From assembly GCA_030765265.1 (NCBI GenBank), contig JAVCCZ010000040.1:1-59606 (forward strand): 59,606 nt of DNA, in the 5' to 3' direction. The position numbers and the translations under genes are program-made. Below the pieces are notes generated by a model, which saw nothing but the letters and a program-made list of their open reading frames with translations, had not been told where the DNA came from and searched no databases. This stretch comes from Candidatus Erginobacter occultus (lineage in GTDB: Bacteria; Auribacterota; Erginobacteria; Erginobacterales; Erginobacteraceae). This document shows positions 1 through 8,913 of this stretch, one piece after another (position 1 is the stretch's first letter; the number at the start of each line of letters is the position of its first letter).

Positions 1-304
1 CGCCCCCGGTGGAGAGGTCCATCACCGTGTCGGCCCCGGCCGCCACGGCAGCCGCGACCTTCTCCAGTTCCCCTTCGTAGTCGATCGCCTGGGGGGAGGT
101 CCCGAGGTTGGCGTTGACCTTGACCCGCAGCCCCCGCCCGATCCCGCAGGGCTTTCTCACCTCCCGGACCCGGTTGGCCGGGACCACGATCGTGCCATCG
201 GCCAGACCCTGGAGGATCGCCTCGAGCGGGACCCCTTCCAGCTTGGCCGCCAGTTCCACGGCCGGGGTGGGCCGGCCTTTCTTGGCCTCGGTGACCGCGT
301 TCAT
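1..304 (-). CDS. thiC: phosphomethylpyrimidine synthase ThiC, N-terminal part (gene runs off the left edge)
   Basis: Manual minus-strand translation from the ATG at 302-304 gives [24 protein letters not shown]...[14 protein letters not shown]...[13 protein letters not shown], a ThiC N-terminal signature. It is absent from the ORF track because it is open-ended. The start overlaps the hldC stop (ATGA at 301-304). Confidence 0.8.
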   Translation of the reverse strand, partial: MNAVTEAKKGRPTPAVELAAKLEGVPLEAILQGLADGTIVVPANRVREVRKPCGIGRGLRVKVNANLGTSPQAIDYEGELEKVAAAVAAGADTVMDLSTGG

Positions 305-795
305 ATCTCCACCCGGGATCGTCCCTGTTCGGTGATCTTCTCCAGCAGGGCGCTGGTCGAGCGGCCGGGGACCAGGGGGACAATCAACACCCTCCCCCCG
401 GCGGCCTCGACCTCTTCCGCCCCGGCGATCTCTTCCCGTTTCCAGTCCCCCCCCTTGACCAGGACCTCCGGGCCAAGGGAAACGATCAAATCCCGGGGGG
501 TCGGCTGATCGAAGATCACCACGTAATCGACCATCTCCAGCGCCGCCAGCAGTTCGGCCCGCTCCGCCTCGGGGACCAGGGGGCGGCCCTCGCCTTTCAA
601 ACCCTTCACCGAGCGGTCGCTGTTTAAGCCGACCACCAGCAGATCCCCGGCCGCCCGGGCCCGGCGGAGGTAGCGGACGTGGCCGGCGTGGAGAAGGTCG
701 AAGCAGCCATTGGTGAAGACGACTTTCTGCCCCGAGCGCCGGAGTTTCTCCAGGACCGGGAGCAACTGAGGGAGCGTTCTGATTTTTTCCTTCAT
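301..795 (-). CDS. hldC: D-glycero-beta-D-manno-heptose 1-phosphate adenylyltransferase (RfaE domain II type cytidylyltransferase fold)
   Basis: [38 protein letters not shown] and LVKGGDW motifs. ATGA overlap with gmhA upstream. Confidence 0.8.
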   Translation of the reverse strand: MKEKIRTLPQLLPVLEKLRRSGQKVVFTNGCFDLLHAGHVRYLRRARAAGDLLVVGLNSDRSVKGLKGEGRPLVPEAERAELLAALEMVDYVVIFDQPTPRDLIVSLGPEVLVKGGDWKREEIAGAEEVEAAGGRVLIVPLVPGRSTSALLEKITEQGRSRVEI

Positions 796-1358
796 CCGGC
801 GAAAGCCTCCTCGACCAGGTCGCAGAGGATATGATAGACCACGGTCTGCCCCTCCTGGATACGGGCGGTATCCGCGGCGGGGACGACCAGGGCCAGGTCG
901 ACCTCGCCGGCCAGTTTCCCCCCGTCCTTCCCGAGCAGGGCGCAGGTCTTCAGCCCCGCCGCTTTCGCCGCCCGCACGGCGATGACGAGGTTGGGGGAGT
1001 TGCCGCTGGTGGAGATCGCCAGCAGGAGGTCGCCCGGCCGGCCGAGAGCCTCGACCTGGCGGCGGAAGACCTCGTCGTAGGAGTAATCGTTGGCCAGGGC
1101 GGTCAGGATCGAGGTGTCGGTGGTCAGGGCGATCGCCGCCAGGGCCGGCCGCTCCCGCTTGAACCTCCCCACCAGCTCGGCGGCGATATGCTGGGCGTCG
1201 GCTGCCGAACCGCCGTTTCCGCAGATCAGGATCTTCCCCCCGGATTTAAGCGAGTCGATCAACTGCCGGGCCGCGGCGGCGATCTCCGGGGACAGGCCCC
1301 GGAGTTTTGCTCCCAGACAAAGGTTCTCTTCCAGGGCCTCGATAATCTTCTTTTCCAT
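792..1358 (-). CDS. gmhA: phosphoheptose isomerase (SIS domain)
   Basis: [22 protein letters not shown] and ISTSGNSPN motifs. Adjacent and overlapping with hldC. Confidence 0.9.
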   Translation of the reverse strand: MEKKIIEALEENLCLGAKLRGLSPEIAAAARQLIDSLKSGGKILICGNGGSAADAQHIAAELVGRFKRERPALAAIALTTDTSILTALANDYSYDEVFRRQVEALGRPGDLLLAISTSGNSPNLVIAVRAAKAAGLKTCALLGKDGGKLAGEVDLALVVPAADTARIQEGQTVVYHILCDLVEEAFAG

Positions 1359-1376
1359 AATTAAATTCCGTCCGGG

Positions 1377-2732
1377 TTACTGGATTATATCCTTTTTCAG
1401 GGGCCACTTGTATTCGTCCTCCCCTTTCAGATAGGGGTCGTTCCCGATCGAGTCGGGGATGGGGACGTTGACGAACTTCCGGTAGGAGTAATGGGGTATC
1501 GCCCCCGCCCCCCCGATGGTGTAGATATACTCGTCGATGAACTCCTGGGTCGGACCTTCCAGGCCGTTGATGAATTCCAGCGGGACCTTCCTCTCCCGGG
1601 CGGCGATATTGGCCAGGTCGGTCAGGTTGGTGGTGACCCGGGTCTTGATCTTTTCCAGGATCACCGACTTCTGGTGAGCGCCGTCCAGCATCGCCTTCAC
1701 GGCGGCAAAGCCGACCATATAGGCTTCGCAGGCGTCCTGCCGGGAGACCAGATTACTTCTCTGGATATGCTGGGGAGCGAGGACGGCTTCCTTGATCTTC
1801 CCCAGCAGCCCGGGGATCTTCAGCTCCTGCTTGATCAACCCGGCCAAAAAGATGCAGGGGGCGAAAGATTCCGCCCGGCCGTGCTGGATATTTCCGTGGT
1901 CGTCGGTGACCAAGTTGCCCGAATGAATCTCGGCCAGGCTTTTCCCGGTCTTCTTGTCGGTCAGGTCCTCCTGGACCACGATCACCGCTTCGCCCTGCCG
2001 GGAGATGACTTTTTCCAGCTCGGCGAGAAATTCCTCCCGGTCAAAGGGGATCTCCTTGCTCAAGATAATGTGGGGCGGATAATCCGGCCGGATATCGCCC
2101 ATCGGATCGACCTTGGCGAAGGCGGTCCCCTGGGCCAGCCAGCCCGCTTTCCTCCCCATCACCTGGTAGATCACCACCGGGATGATGCTGGGAGCGGAGA
2201 CCACCTCCCCGTTGATTTTATAATTCCCCCAGACCCGGTAGGAGGAGAAATCGCTGTGGACGTTCTTGAGGGCAATCGCGTTGTAAAGGGTGGCCGAACC
2301 GTAGCCGGGGCAGTGATGGGTAACCGGGAGGTCGTTGTCCACCGTCTTGATGGCGTGGATGGCCTTGACCCCGCACTCGGCGGTCAGACCGAGGAGCTGG
2401 TCGGCGCTGTCATTGCCGCCGATATAGACCACTCCGTCGATCCCCAGGGCGTCGAGGTTCCGGGCCATCACCCGGTACTGATCGGGCTTGGGCTTGATCC
2501 GGGTGGTCCGCAGCCCGGCCCCGGGTCCGGTGAAGGTAAAGGCCATCGCGTTGATCCGGCTGAGATCGACGATATTCCCCTCGATGTTGGCGTTGAGCAG
2601 CCCCTCAAGGCCGTTGAACATTCCGTAAACCTCGATCCCGGCCTTCTGGGCGGCGTCGACCACCCCGGCGACTTCCCAGTCGATGACCGGGGTCGGTCCG
2701 CCCGATTCGCCGACGATAATTCTTTTGACCAT
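1377..2732 (-). CDS. 6-phosphofructokinase family protein (long form; ATP versus PPi dependence not decidable here)
   Basis: PFK-family motifs IVGESGGPTP, YIGGNDS, KTVDNDL and MGRKAGWLA. The start is moved to the ATG at 2730-2732, which is preceded by AAGGAGG. The track ORF extends to 2780. Confidence 0.85.
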   Translation of the reverse strand: MVKRIIVGESGGPTPVIDWEVAGVVDAAQKAGIEVYGMFNGLEGLLNANIEGNIVDLSRINAMAFTFTGPGAGLRTTRIKPKPDQYRVMARNLDALGIDGVVYIGGNDSADQLLGLTAECGVKAIHAIKTVDNDLPVTHHCPGYGSATLYNAIALKNVHSDFSSYRVWGNYKINGEVVSAPSIIPVVIYQVMGRKAGWLAQGTAFAKVDPMGDIRPDYPPHIILSKEIPFDREEFLAELEKVISRQGEAVIVVQEDLTDKKTGKSLAEIHSGNLVTDDHGNIQHGRAESFAPCIFLAGLIKQELKIPGLLGKIKEAVLAPQHIQRSNLVSRQDACEAYMVGFAAVKAMLDGAHQKSVILEKIKTRVTTNLTDLANIAARERKVPLEFINGLEGPTQEFIDEYIYTIGGAGAIPHYSYRKFVNVPIPDSIGNDPYLKGEDEYKWPLKKDIIQ

Positions 2733-2780
2733 TGTTGATTCCTCCTTGAACTGGATACAGGATGCCAGAATCCTGTTCAC

Positions 2781-2822
2781 TGCTTACTGGTTACTGATTA
2801 CCGATTACTGCTCACTGATTGC
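2781..2822. repeat. tandem heptamer array, 6 units (TGCTTAC TGGTTAC TGATTAC CGATTAC TGCTCAC TGATTGC)
   Basis: Read directly. It fills the gap between the pepP stop and the PFK start. It belongs to the same family as 4836, 12416, 33252, 34968 and 37096. Confidence 0.9.
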
Positions 2823-2830
2823 CGTCCTTT

Positions 2831-3925
2831 CTACCACTCCAGCAGACAGCTTTCCAGGTTTTTCGGGGCGGCGGTAAGAACCTCGCAGCCTTTGGCGGTG
2901 ACCAGGACGGTATCCTCGATCCGGATCCCCCCCCAGCCGGGGATGTAGACCCCGGGTTCGACGGTGAAGACCATCCCCTCCTCCAAAACTTCTCCGGAAC
3001 GGGCAGTGACCGACGGCCGTTCGTGCACTTCCAGACCAACCCCGTGGCCCAGGCCGTGGCCGAAATATTCTCCGTAGCCCCGGTCCGCCAGGTACCCGCG
3101 GGCCAGGCCGTCGAGGTCGGAAGCCCGGACTCCGGGCCGGATCGCCCGGAGGACTTTTTTCTGGGCGGCCAGGACCGCCCGGTAGACAGTCTTAAACCGC
3201 CGGGGAAAATCCCCCCCGGCCAGGGTCCTGGTCAGGTCGGCGTTGTAGTAGTTCCACTTCCCCCCGAGGTCGAGAAGGCAGATCTCCCCCCGATTGAACC
3301 GGCGGGCGGACGCGGCGGCGTGGGGGTGGGAGCTGTGCTCTCCTCCGGCCGCGATCGGGGGAAAAGCCGGTTCTCCGCCGGCCCGGAAAAACTCCGCCGA
3401 CAGACGGCGGGCGAGCTCCGCCTCGCTCATCCCCGGCCGGACCGATCCCCGGGCCCGGCCGAGGACCCGGACGGTCCGGGCGGCGGCAATCCGGAGGGAG
3501 GAGATCTCATCGGGATCCTTGATCACCCGAAGGCCGCCCACCAGTTTCCCGGCCGGGGAAAGCCGCTTCCCCGAGAGGAGATCTTTCAGCCGCCGCCAGG
3601 CGTCCCAGCTGATATCTTCCTCCTCGAACCCGATCCGCCGGAGCCGTTCTTCCCGAACCAGGTCGGCCGCCGCTTCGGACAGAGAGGCGGAGACGCGGAG
3701 CCGAAGCCGGCAGCCCAAAGCCAGTTCCTCCTCCGCCTGCTCCCGGTAACGGAAGTCGCTGATCAGGAAAACGCGATTCTCCGTAACCAGGAGGAGACTG
3801 TCGCCGCCGGTAAAACCGGAGAAATAATAGACATTCTCCCTTTTCCCGAGCAGGAGCGAATCGAGGGAGGATTCGGCCAACCGGGAGCGGAGTCTCCGGA
3901 TCCGGCCGGGGTGATCGAAAACCAT
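2831..3925 (-). CDS. pepP: Xaa-Pro aminopeptidase (peptidase M24 family)
   Basis: M24 metal-ligand motifs HGLGHGVGLEVHE and TVEPGVYIPGWGGIRIEDTVLVT, with a creatinase-like N-terminal domain. Confidence 0.85.
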   Translation of the reverse strand: MVFDHPGRIRRLRSRLAESSLDSLLLGKRENVYYFSGFTGGDSLLLVTENRVFLISDFRYREQAEEELALGCRLRLRVSASLSEAAADLVREERLRRIGFEEEDISWDAWRRLKDLLSGKRLSPAGKLVGGLRVIKDPDEISSLRIAAARTVRVLGRARGSVRPGMSEAELARRLSAEFFRAGGEPAFPPIAAGGEHSSHPHAAASARRFNRGEICLLDLGGKWNYYNADLTRTLAGGDFPRRFKTVYRAVLAAQKKVLRAIRPGVRASDLDGLARGYLADRGYGEYFGHGLGHGVGLEVHERPSVTARSGEVLEEGMVFTVEPGVYIPGWGGIRIEDTVLVTAKGCEVLTAAPKNLESCLLEW

Positions 3926-3926
3926 C

Positions 3927-4382
3927 TCAATCTTCTCCGCGGACCAGACCCACCGCCGCCCGCAGCCCCAGCCGGTAACTGGCCGGTCCGAAGCCGGTGA
4001 CCTGCCCGGCCGCAGCCGGGGCGATCAGGGAGCGGCGGCGGAAATCCTCCCGGCGGTGGATGTTGGAGAGATGGACCTCGACCGCCGGGATCGGGACCGC
4101 GGCCAGGGCGTCCCGGATGGCGACACTGGTATGGGTATAGGCGGCCGGGTTGATCACGATCGCGTCGGCCCGCTCCGGGGACGAGCCGATCAGGTCGACG
4201 ATCTCCCCCTCGTGATTGGACTGGACGATCGTCAACTCGGCTCCCACCGCTTCCGCCTCCTCCTCCAGCCGGCGATCGATCTCCTCCAGGGAGAGTTTAC
4301 CGTAGACCTCCACCTCCCGCCGGCCCAGCAGCTGGAGGTTGGGCCCGTGAATGACCAGAACTCGAACCGGTTTGGGTTGCAT
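3927..4382 (-). CDS. aroQ: type II 3-dehydroquinate dehydratase
   Basis: [47 protein letters not shown] and [11 protein letters not shown] motifs. Confidence 0.92.
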   Translation of the reverse strand: MQPKPVRVLVIHGPNLQLLGRREVEVYGKLSLEEIDRRLEEEAEAVGAELTIVQSNHEGEIVDLIGSSPERADAIVINPAAYTHTSVAIRDALAAVPIPAVEVHLSNIHRREDFRRRSLIAPAAAGQVTGFGPASYRLGLRAAVGLVRGED

Positions 4383-4433
4383 ATCCTTCCCCCCGTCTCC
4401 TTAATAATAATTGCGCGCTGACTGTCTTTCCCG

Positions 4434-4492
4434 TCGCTATCGCTATCGGGATCGGGGGCTAAGGAAAAAATCGATCCCGATAGCGATAGCGA
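4434..4492. repeat. 21-bp perfect-stem hairpin built from hexamer repeats (TCGCTATCGCTATCGGGATCG / CGATCCCGATAGCGATAGCGA, 17-nt loop)
   Basis: The arms at 4434-4454 and 4472-4492 are exact reverse complements. It lies in the intergenic region between the Trm112-like gene and aroQ. Confidence 0.85.
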
Positions 4493-4551
4493 TCCCGATA
4501 GGGATAAAATTGCCAACCGGGAAACCAGTTTATCCCGGAAAGAGTTTCTGC

Positions 4552-4761
4552 TCAGGCGGAGGGTTTCTCCGCTTCCTCGATCAGCATCACCGGGATATCG
4601 TCCTTGATCGAGTAGATCAGGCCGCAGGGTTCGCCCCGCTTGAACTCGCGGGTCTCCCGGTTCTGGTCGAGGCAGATCAATTTCTGGTTTTCTTCGTCGT
4701 AGCGGAGCCCGGACTTGCAGGCCGGGCAGGCGAGAATTTCCAACAGTTCCTGGTCGATCAT
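4552..4761 (-). CDS. Trm112/UPF0434 family small zinc-ribbon-like protein
   Basis: LLEILACPACKSGL ... IPVMLIEEA pattern typical of the Trm112p-like family; 69 aa. Confidence 0.7.
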   Translation of the reverse strand: MIDQELLEILACPACKSGLRYDEENQKLICLDQNRETREFKRGEPCGLIYSIKDDIPVMLIEEAEKPSA

Positions 4762-4835
4762 CGGCTTTCTCCTCTTTTTATTGTGACCAATTTTCCCCGG
4801 CGGCGCGTGCGCATCGGACGCGTCGGACCGCCCAC

Positions 4836-4870
4836 TGCTTACTGATTACCGATTACTGATTACCGATTAC
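4836..4870. repeat. tandem heptamer array, 5 units (TGCTTAC TGATTAC CGATTAC TGATTAC CGATTAC)
   Basis: Read directly. It contains the rmlD stop codon (4853-4855) and encodes its last residues ..IGNQ. Confidence 0.9.
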
Positions 4871-5734
4871 CGTTTCCCCAATCCCCAAAACAAACTCCCG
4901 GACGGCTTCCGGCCAGGATCGCGGGGACTTCCCGGTGATCTCCCGGTAGCGATCCAGGGAGAGGACCGAGTAGCGGGGCCGGGGGGCCGGGCGGGCCAGC
5001 TTCTCGCTGGAGACCGGGACCACCTCGGCTTCGATGCCGGCGGTCTTGACGACAAAGGCGGCGTATTCGTACCAGGAACAGTCCCCCCGGTTGGTCAGGT
5101 GGACGATCCCGGAGGCGTCGCGGGCGATCAACTCCCCGAACCCGGCGGCCAGGTCGCGGGCCGAGGTGGGGGATCCCCGCTGGTCGGAAACCACCTCCAA
5201 CCGCCGGTTCCCGGCGGCCGCCTTCAGGATCGTCTGGGGAAAGTTTTTCCCCCCGGTTCCGAAAAGCCAGGAGGTCCGCACAATCAGGAAACCGCCTCCG
5301 GCCGACGCCACCGCCTCTTCCCCCCCCCGCTTGCTCGCCCCGTAAACACTGAGCGGACGTGGGGGGTCGTCCTCCCGGTAGGGTTCGGTCTTTTCCCCGT
5401 CAAAGACAAAATCAGTGCTGACCTGGAGCAGCTTGATATCCCGGTCCCGGCAGGCCCGGGCCAGGTTACCGGGACCGGCGGCGTTAACCTTCCAGGCCCG
5501 GTCGGGGTCAGCCTGGCAACCGTCGACATCCGTGTTCGCGGCGGCGTTGATCACCCAGCCGGGACGGAATTTCTCCAGGGTCGCCCTGACCTGTTCCGGC
5601 CGGGTAATGTCGCAGCTGTCGAGATCGGCCCCGGAGACCGGGAACCGGGAGTCGAGAACTTTCCGGCACTCCCGGCCCAATAAGCCGCGGTGACCGATGA
5701 CCAGGATGGATGGGGTTGGTGGCATATTGAACAA
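4853..5734 (-). CDS. rfbD: dTDP-4-dehydrorhamnose reductase
   Basis: RmlD-type short-chain reductase with N-terminal ILVIGHRGLLG Rossmann motif, VYGASK and RTSWLFG. Sits next to rmlB. Confidence 0.88.
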   Translation of the reverse strand: MFNMPPTPSILVIGHRGLLGRECRKVLDSRFPVSGADLDSCDITRPEQVRATLEKFRPGWVINAAANTDVDGCQADPDRAWKVNAAGPGNLARACRDRDIKLLQVSTDFVFDGEKTEPYREDDPPRPLSVYGASKRGGEEAVASAGGGFLIVRTSWLFGTGGKNFPQTILKAAAGNRRLEVVSDQRGSPTSARDLAAGFGELIARDASGIVHLTNRGDCSWYEYAAFVVKTAGIEAEVVPVSSEKLARPAPRPRYSVLSLDRYREITGKSPRSWPEAVREFVLGIGETVIGNQ

Positions 5735-5835
5735 TTAGTCTAACGATTCCGAGAGTATTTCGATCCCGACCCTGTCCGCCGTAGCCTTGGCGAAGGCGGA
5801 TAGCGACGGCCGAACAGGACGGGGGTTGAGCGGCT

Positions 5836-6843
5836 TTACCGGTTGCCGTACTGTTTCTTGTAGTATTCCTTGAACTCCCCGCTCTTGATCTTTTCCCACC
5901 ACCAGCGGTTGTCCCGGTACCAGGCGATCGTCGTCTCCAATTCGGCGGCAAAGTCCGCCTCCGGTTCCCAGCCGAGTTTTTTCAGCTTGGAAGAGTCCAG
6001 CGCGTAGCGGCGGTCGTGCCCTTCCCGGTCCCGGACCCGCCGGATCAGGGTTTCCGGGAGCTGGAGAAATTCCAGGATCCGCGCGGTCAGCTCTCGGTTG
6101 GTGAGGAGGTTCCCGCCCCCGATGTTGTAGGTCTCCCCTTTCTCCCCCCGGGAGATCAGCAGGTCGATCGCCGAGCAATGATCCCGGACGAAGAGCCAAT
6201 CCCGGACATTGAGTCCGTCGCCGTACAGCGGGAGGGGGATGGAGTCGAGGGCGTTGGTGACGAAGAGCGGGATCACCTTTTCCGGGTACTGGTAGGGGCC
6301 GAAGTTATTCGAGGCCCGGGTGATGATGACCGGGAGGTCGTAAGTAGCGAAGTAGGAATAGGCCAGCCGGTCGGCCCCGGCCTTGCTGGCGGCATAGGGG
6401 TTGCGGGGCATCAGGGGATCCCGCTCGTTACTGAAGCCCTCCTCCACCGAGCCGTAAACCTCGTCGGTGGAGATCTGGACGAAACACCCCACTCCGTGCC
6501 GCCGGGCGGCCTCGAGGAGTGTGTAGGTGCCGTAGATATCGGTCCGGATGAAATCGTCGGGGTCGCCGATCGAGCGGTCGACGTGGGTCTCGGCGGCAAA
6601 GTTGACCGCCACGTCCAGCCCTTCTTGGAAGAGTCCGTCCACCAGCTCGAGATCGGCGATATCTCCCCTGACGAAACGGTAGTTCGGCCGGTCGGCGATG
6701 CCTTTGAGGTTATCGAGGTTGCCGGCGTAGGTCAGCTTGTCGAGGTTGATGATCTCGTCTTGGGGGTGCTTCTCCGCCAGGTAATGGATGAAATTGGAGC
6801 CGATGAAGCCGGCCCCACCGGTTACCAGAATTTTCCTGCTCAT
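5836..6843 (-). CDS. rfbB: dTDP-glucose 4,6-dehydratase
   Basis: ILVTGGAGFIGSNF, STDEVYG, PYAASKA, and the characteristic RYALDSSK and WYRDNRWWW tail. Confidence 0.93.
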   Translation of the reverse strand: MSRKILVTGGAGFIGSNFIHYLAEKHPQDEIINLDKLTYAGNLDNLKGIADRPNYRFVRGDIADLELVDGLFQEGLDVAVNFAAETHVDRSIGDPDDFIRTDIYGTYTLLEAARRHGVGCFVQISTDEVYGSVEEGFSNERDPLMPRNPYAASKAGADRLAYSYFATYDLPVIITRASNNFGPYQYPEKVIPLFVTNALDSIPLPLYGDGLNVRDWLFVRDHCSAIDLLISRGEKGETYNIGGGNLLTNRELTARILEFLQLPETLIRRVRDREGHDRRYALDSSKLKKLGWEPEADFAAELETTIAWYRDNRWWWEKIKSGEFKEYYKKQYGNR

Positions 6844-6931
6844 TGCTTAATCCTTTTTCGAGTTGCCGGGTGAGAACTCTTCGAGCGACTCTTCCGTACG
6901 GGGGAAGATACCAGAGGCCGCGGACCCGGGA

Positions 6932-7669
6932 TCAGCCGGACAGCCGGTTGGCGCCGCCATCGGCCACTTGTTTGTTGACCTGGAACCAGCCCTCGATCGA
7001 GGAACCGGCGTCGGCCCACCAACCGTCGAGAATATCGTAGGTCATACTCCCGTCCTCGATATACATATTGTTGACATCGGTGATCTCCAGTTCGCCCCGG
7101 TCGGAAGGGGAGAGATTCTTAATCCGGTCGAAGACCCCGCCGTCGTACATATAGATCCCGATCACCGCGAAGTTGGTGGAGGGATCTTTCGGCTTCTCGA
7201 TAATCGTCTTCACCCGGTCGCCGTCGAGGACCGCCACCCCGTAATCCGAGGGGTTGGGGACCTCCTTCAGCAGTATCCGGGCTCCCTGCTCCTGATCCCG
7301 GAAGGCCCGGACCGGGGCGAGGATGTCCTTCTCGATCACGTTATCTCCCAGCATCACCAGGATCTTTTCCCCCTCGGCGAAATGCTCGGCCAGGCTGAGC
7401 GCGTCGGCGATACCCCCCTCCCCTTCCTGATAGGCGTAGCGGAGCCATTTCAAGCCGAAAGCCCGGCCGTTACCTAACAGCCGGAGGAAATCCCCGGCGT
7501 TGTTCCCGCCGGTCACGACCATAATATCCTCGATCCCGGCGTTGACCAGGGTCTGAACCGGGTAGTAGATCATCGGCTTGTCGTAGATCGGCAGCAGGTG
7601 CTTGTTGGTGATGGTGGTCAGGGGTGCCAGGCGGGTCCCCAGGCCTCCGGCCAGGATGACTCCTTTCAT
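6932..7669 (-). CDS. sugar-1-phosphate nucleotidyltransferase, RmlA-like short form (probable glucose-1-phosphate thymidylyltransferase)
   Basis: MKGVILAGGLGTRLAPLTTITNKHLLPIYDKPMIYYP N-terminal signature. Located in the rml context. Confidence 0.8.
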   Translation of the reverse strand: MKGVILAGGLGTRLAPLTTITNKHLLPIYDKPMIYYPVQTLVNAGIEDIMVVTGGNNAGDFLRLLGNGRAFGLKWLRYAYQEGEGGIADALSLAEHFAEGEKILVMLGDNVIEKDILAPVRAFRDQEQGARILLKEVPNPSDYGVAVLDGDRVKTIIEKPKDPSTNFAVIGIYMYDGGVFDRIKNLSPSDRGELEITDVNNMYIEDGSMTYDILDGWWADAGSSIEGWFQVNKQVADGGANRLSG

Positions 7670-8760
7670 AATGAAAACTCCTTTTCGTTTGGCATTGGAA
7701 TAATGGCTTCGTCCGGACCGAGGGCCGGGAGCTCGCGGTGAAAGCCGAGGGTGTCCTTGAAGATGTAAATCACCCCCCCGATCAGCGAGGAGACAAGATA
7801 GAGGAAGTAAAAGGTCAGGGAAATAACCAGGGCGCCCGGCTCGCCGACCCCCTCCAGGGCGCCGAAGAAGATGATGAACCCCATCTCCCGGGTCCCGATT
7901 CCGGCAAAGGAGACCGGGACGGACATAATCACCGCGATCGGGGGGAGAAAAAGAAAAAAGTAGAGGATCGAGATCGAGGGGAGCTTCCCCGGGGGAAGCG
8001 GGGAGAGGGGGGAGGTGAAAGCCAGGGAAAGCATCCAGGAGGCGGTGACGATCATCACCCAGATCCCGGTGGAGATCAGCAGGGTTTTGAGGAGAACGCC
8101 GGGGTGTTCCTTGTAGAGGTAGAGCGCCTCGTGCAGCTGGCGGATCTTTTCCCCGATCTTCCCCCAGCGGGCCAGGGAGAAGAAAAAATTCATCACCCGG
8201 TCGTTGAAGACCAGGAGGAAAAACAACCCGAGAAAAATCGTCACCCCGCCGACGATGAGAAAAACCGGGAGGGCGTAAGGACGGGTGGCGGGAAGGGACC
8301 AGAGGGTTCTCCCCCCGAAGAGGCAGGCGGCGGTCGCCACCACGCAGAGGCCCCCCATCCCCATCAACCGGTCGAGGAGGACGGAGATAAAGGCCACCGC
8401 GCCCTTCCCGGTCGCCCGGGAGAGGTAATAGGCCTTGACCACGTCACCCCCCACCGTGGAAGGGAGAAAATTATTGAAGAACATCCCCATCAGGTAATAC
8501 ATAAAAACACTGGACCGGCTCAGCCTGACCCCCCGGGCGGCCAGGAGCATCCCCCAGCGCACCGAACCGATCGCCAGGAGCGCGAAGAGGATAAAAAACG
8601 CCCCCACCAGCCAGCCGTAACTCATATCGGCCCAGTATTTCAGGAGCTGGGAAAGTTCGTGTTCAGCGGAGATCCGGTAAAAGATATAACCGATCAGGGC
8701 AAAACTGATCGCGATCCGGAGAATTAAAAACAGCTTCTTCTTCAATGACTCTTTCATCAA
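7666..8760 (-). CDS. flippase-like membrane protein (LPG-synthase TM / UPF0104 family)
   Basis: Polytopic protein. The pattern RWGMLL ... FFNNFLPSTVGGDVVKAYYL is typical of UPF0104. ATGA overlap with the rmlA-like gene. Confidence 0.7.
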   Translation of the reverse strand: MMKESLKKKLFLILRIAISFALIGYIFYRISAEHELSQLLKYWADMSYGWLVGAFFILFALLAIGSVRWGMLLAARGVRLSRSSVFMYYLMGMFFNNFLPSTVGGDVVKAYYLSRATGKGAVAFISVLLDRLMGMGGLCVVATAACLFGGRTLWSLPATRPYALPVFLIVGGVTIFLGLFFLLVFNDRVMNFFFSLARWGKIGEKIRQLHEALYLYKEHPGVLLKTLLISTGIWVMIVTASWMLSLAFTSPLSPLPPGKLPSISILYFFLFLPPIAVIMSVPVSFAGIGTREMGFIIFFGALEGVGEPGALVISLTFYFLYLVSSLIGGVIYIFKDTLGFHRELPALGPDEAIIPMPNEKEFSL

Positions 8761-8817
8761 TAACCCGGGTTCCCCGGCGATAATAATTAACGGATCGATC
8801 CGACCGGACGGGAAATA

Positions 8818-8850
8818 ACCATCCGCCCAACCCGCTTAATCCGCGGTTTA
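8818..8850. repeat. half copy of the GCGGATT-nonamer element ('REP-A'), reverse orientation
   Basis: The reverse complement reads AAACCGCGGATTAAGCGGGTTGGGCGGATGG, matching the left halves of the elements at 28126 and 42894. Confidence 0.7.
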
Positions 8851-8913
8851 GCAAGTCCTCCGAAAGTCTAAGTTCATAGTACAATCCGCTCGATTAGTCC
8901 AGCGAAAAGCTGT

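Noticed and set aside
108-335. Plus-strand 75-aa ORF at the left edge
   Set aside because: It is antisense to the thiC N-terminus, which has a clear family signature.
1491-4000. Long plus-strand ORFs (1491-2738, 2819-4000, 3294-3749) opposite the PFK and pepP genes
   Set aside because: Their translations are Pro/Gly/Arg/Asp-rich low-complexity strings with no motifs, and they lie antisense to genes with clear family signatures. This is the typical high-GC shadow-ORF artefact. The same reasoning applies to 7738-8727, 9175-10008, 10252-11184, 28135-29283, 30481-32388, 35129-36067, 45457-46515 and 46631-48217.
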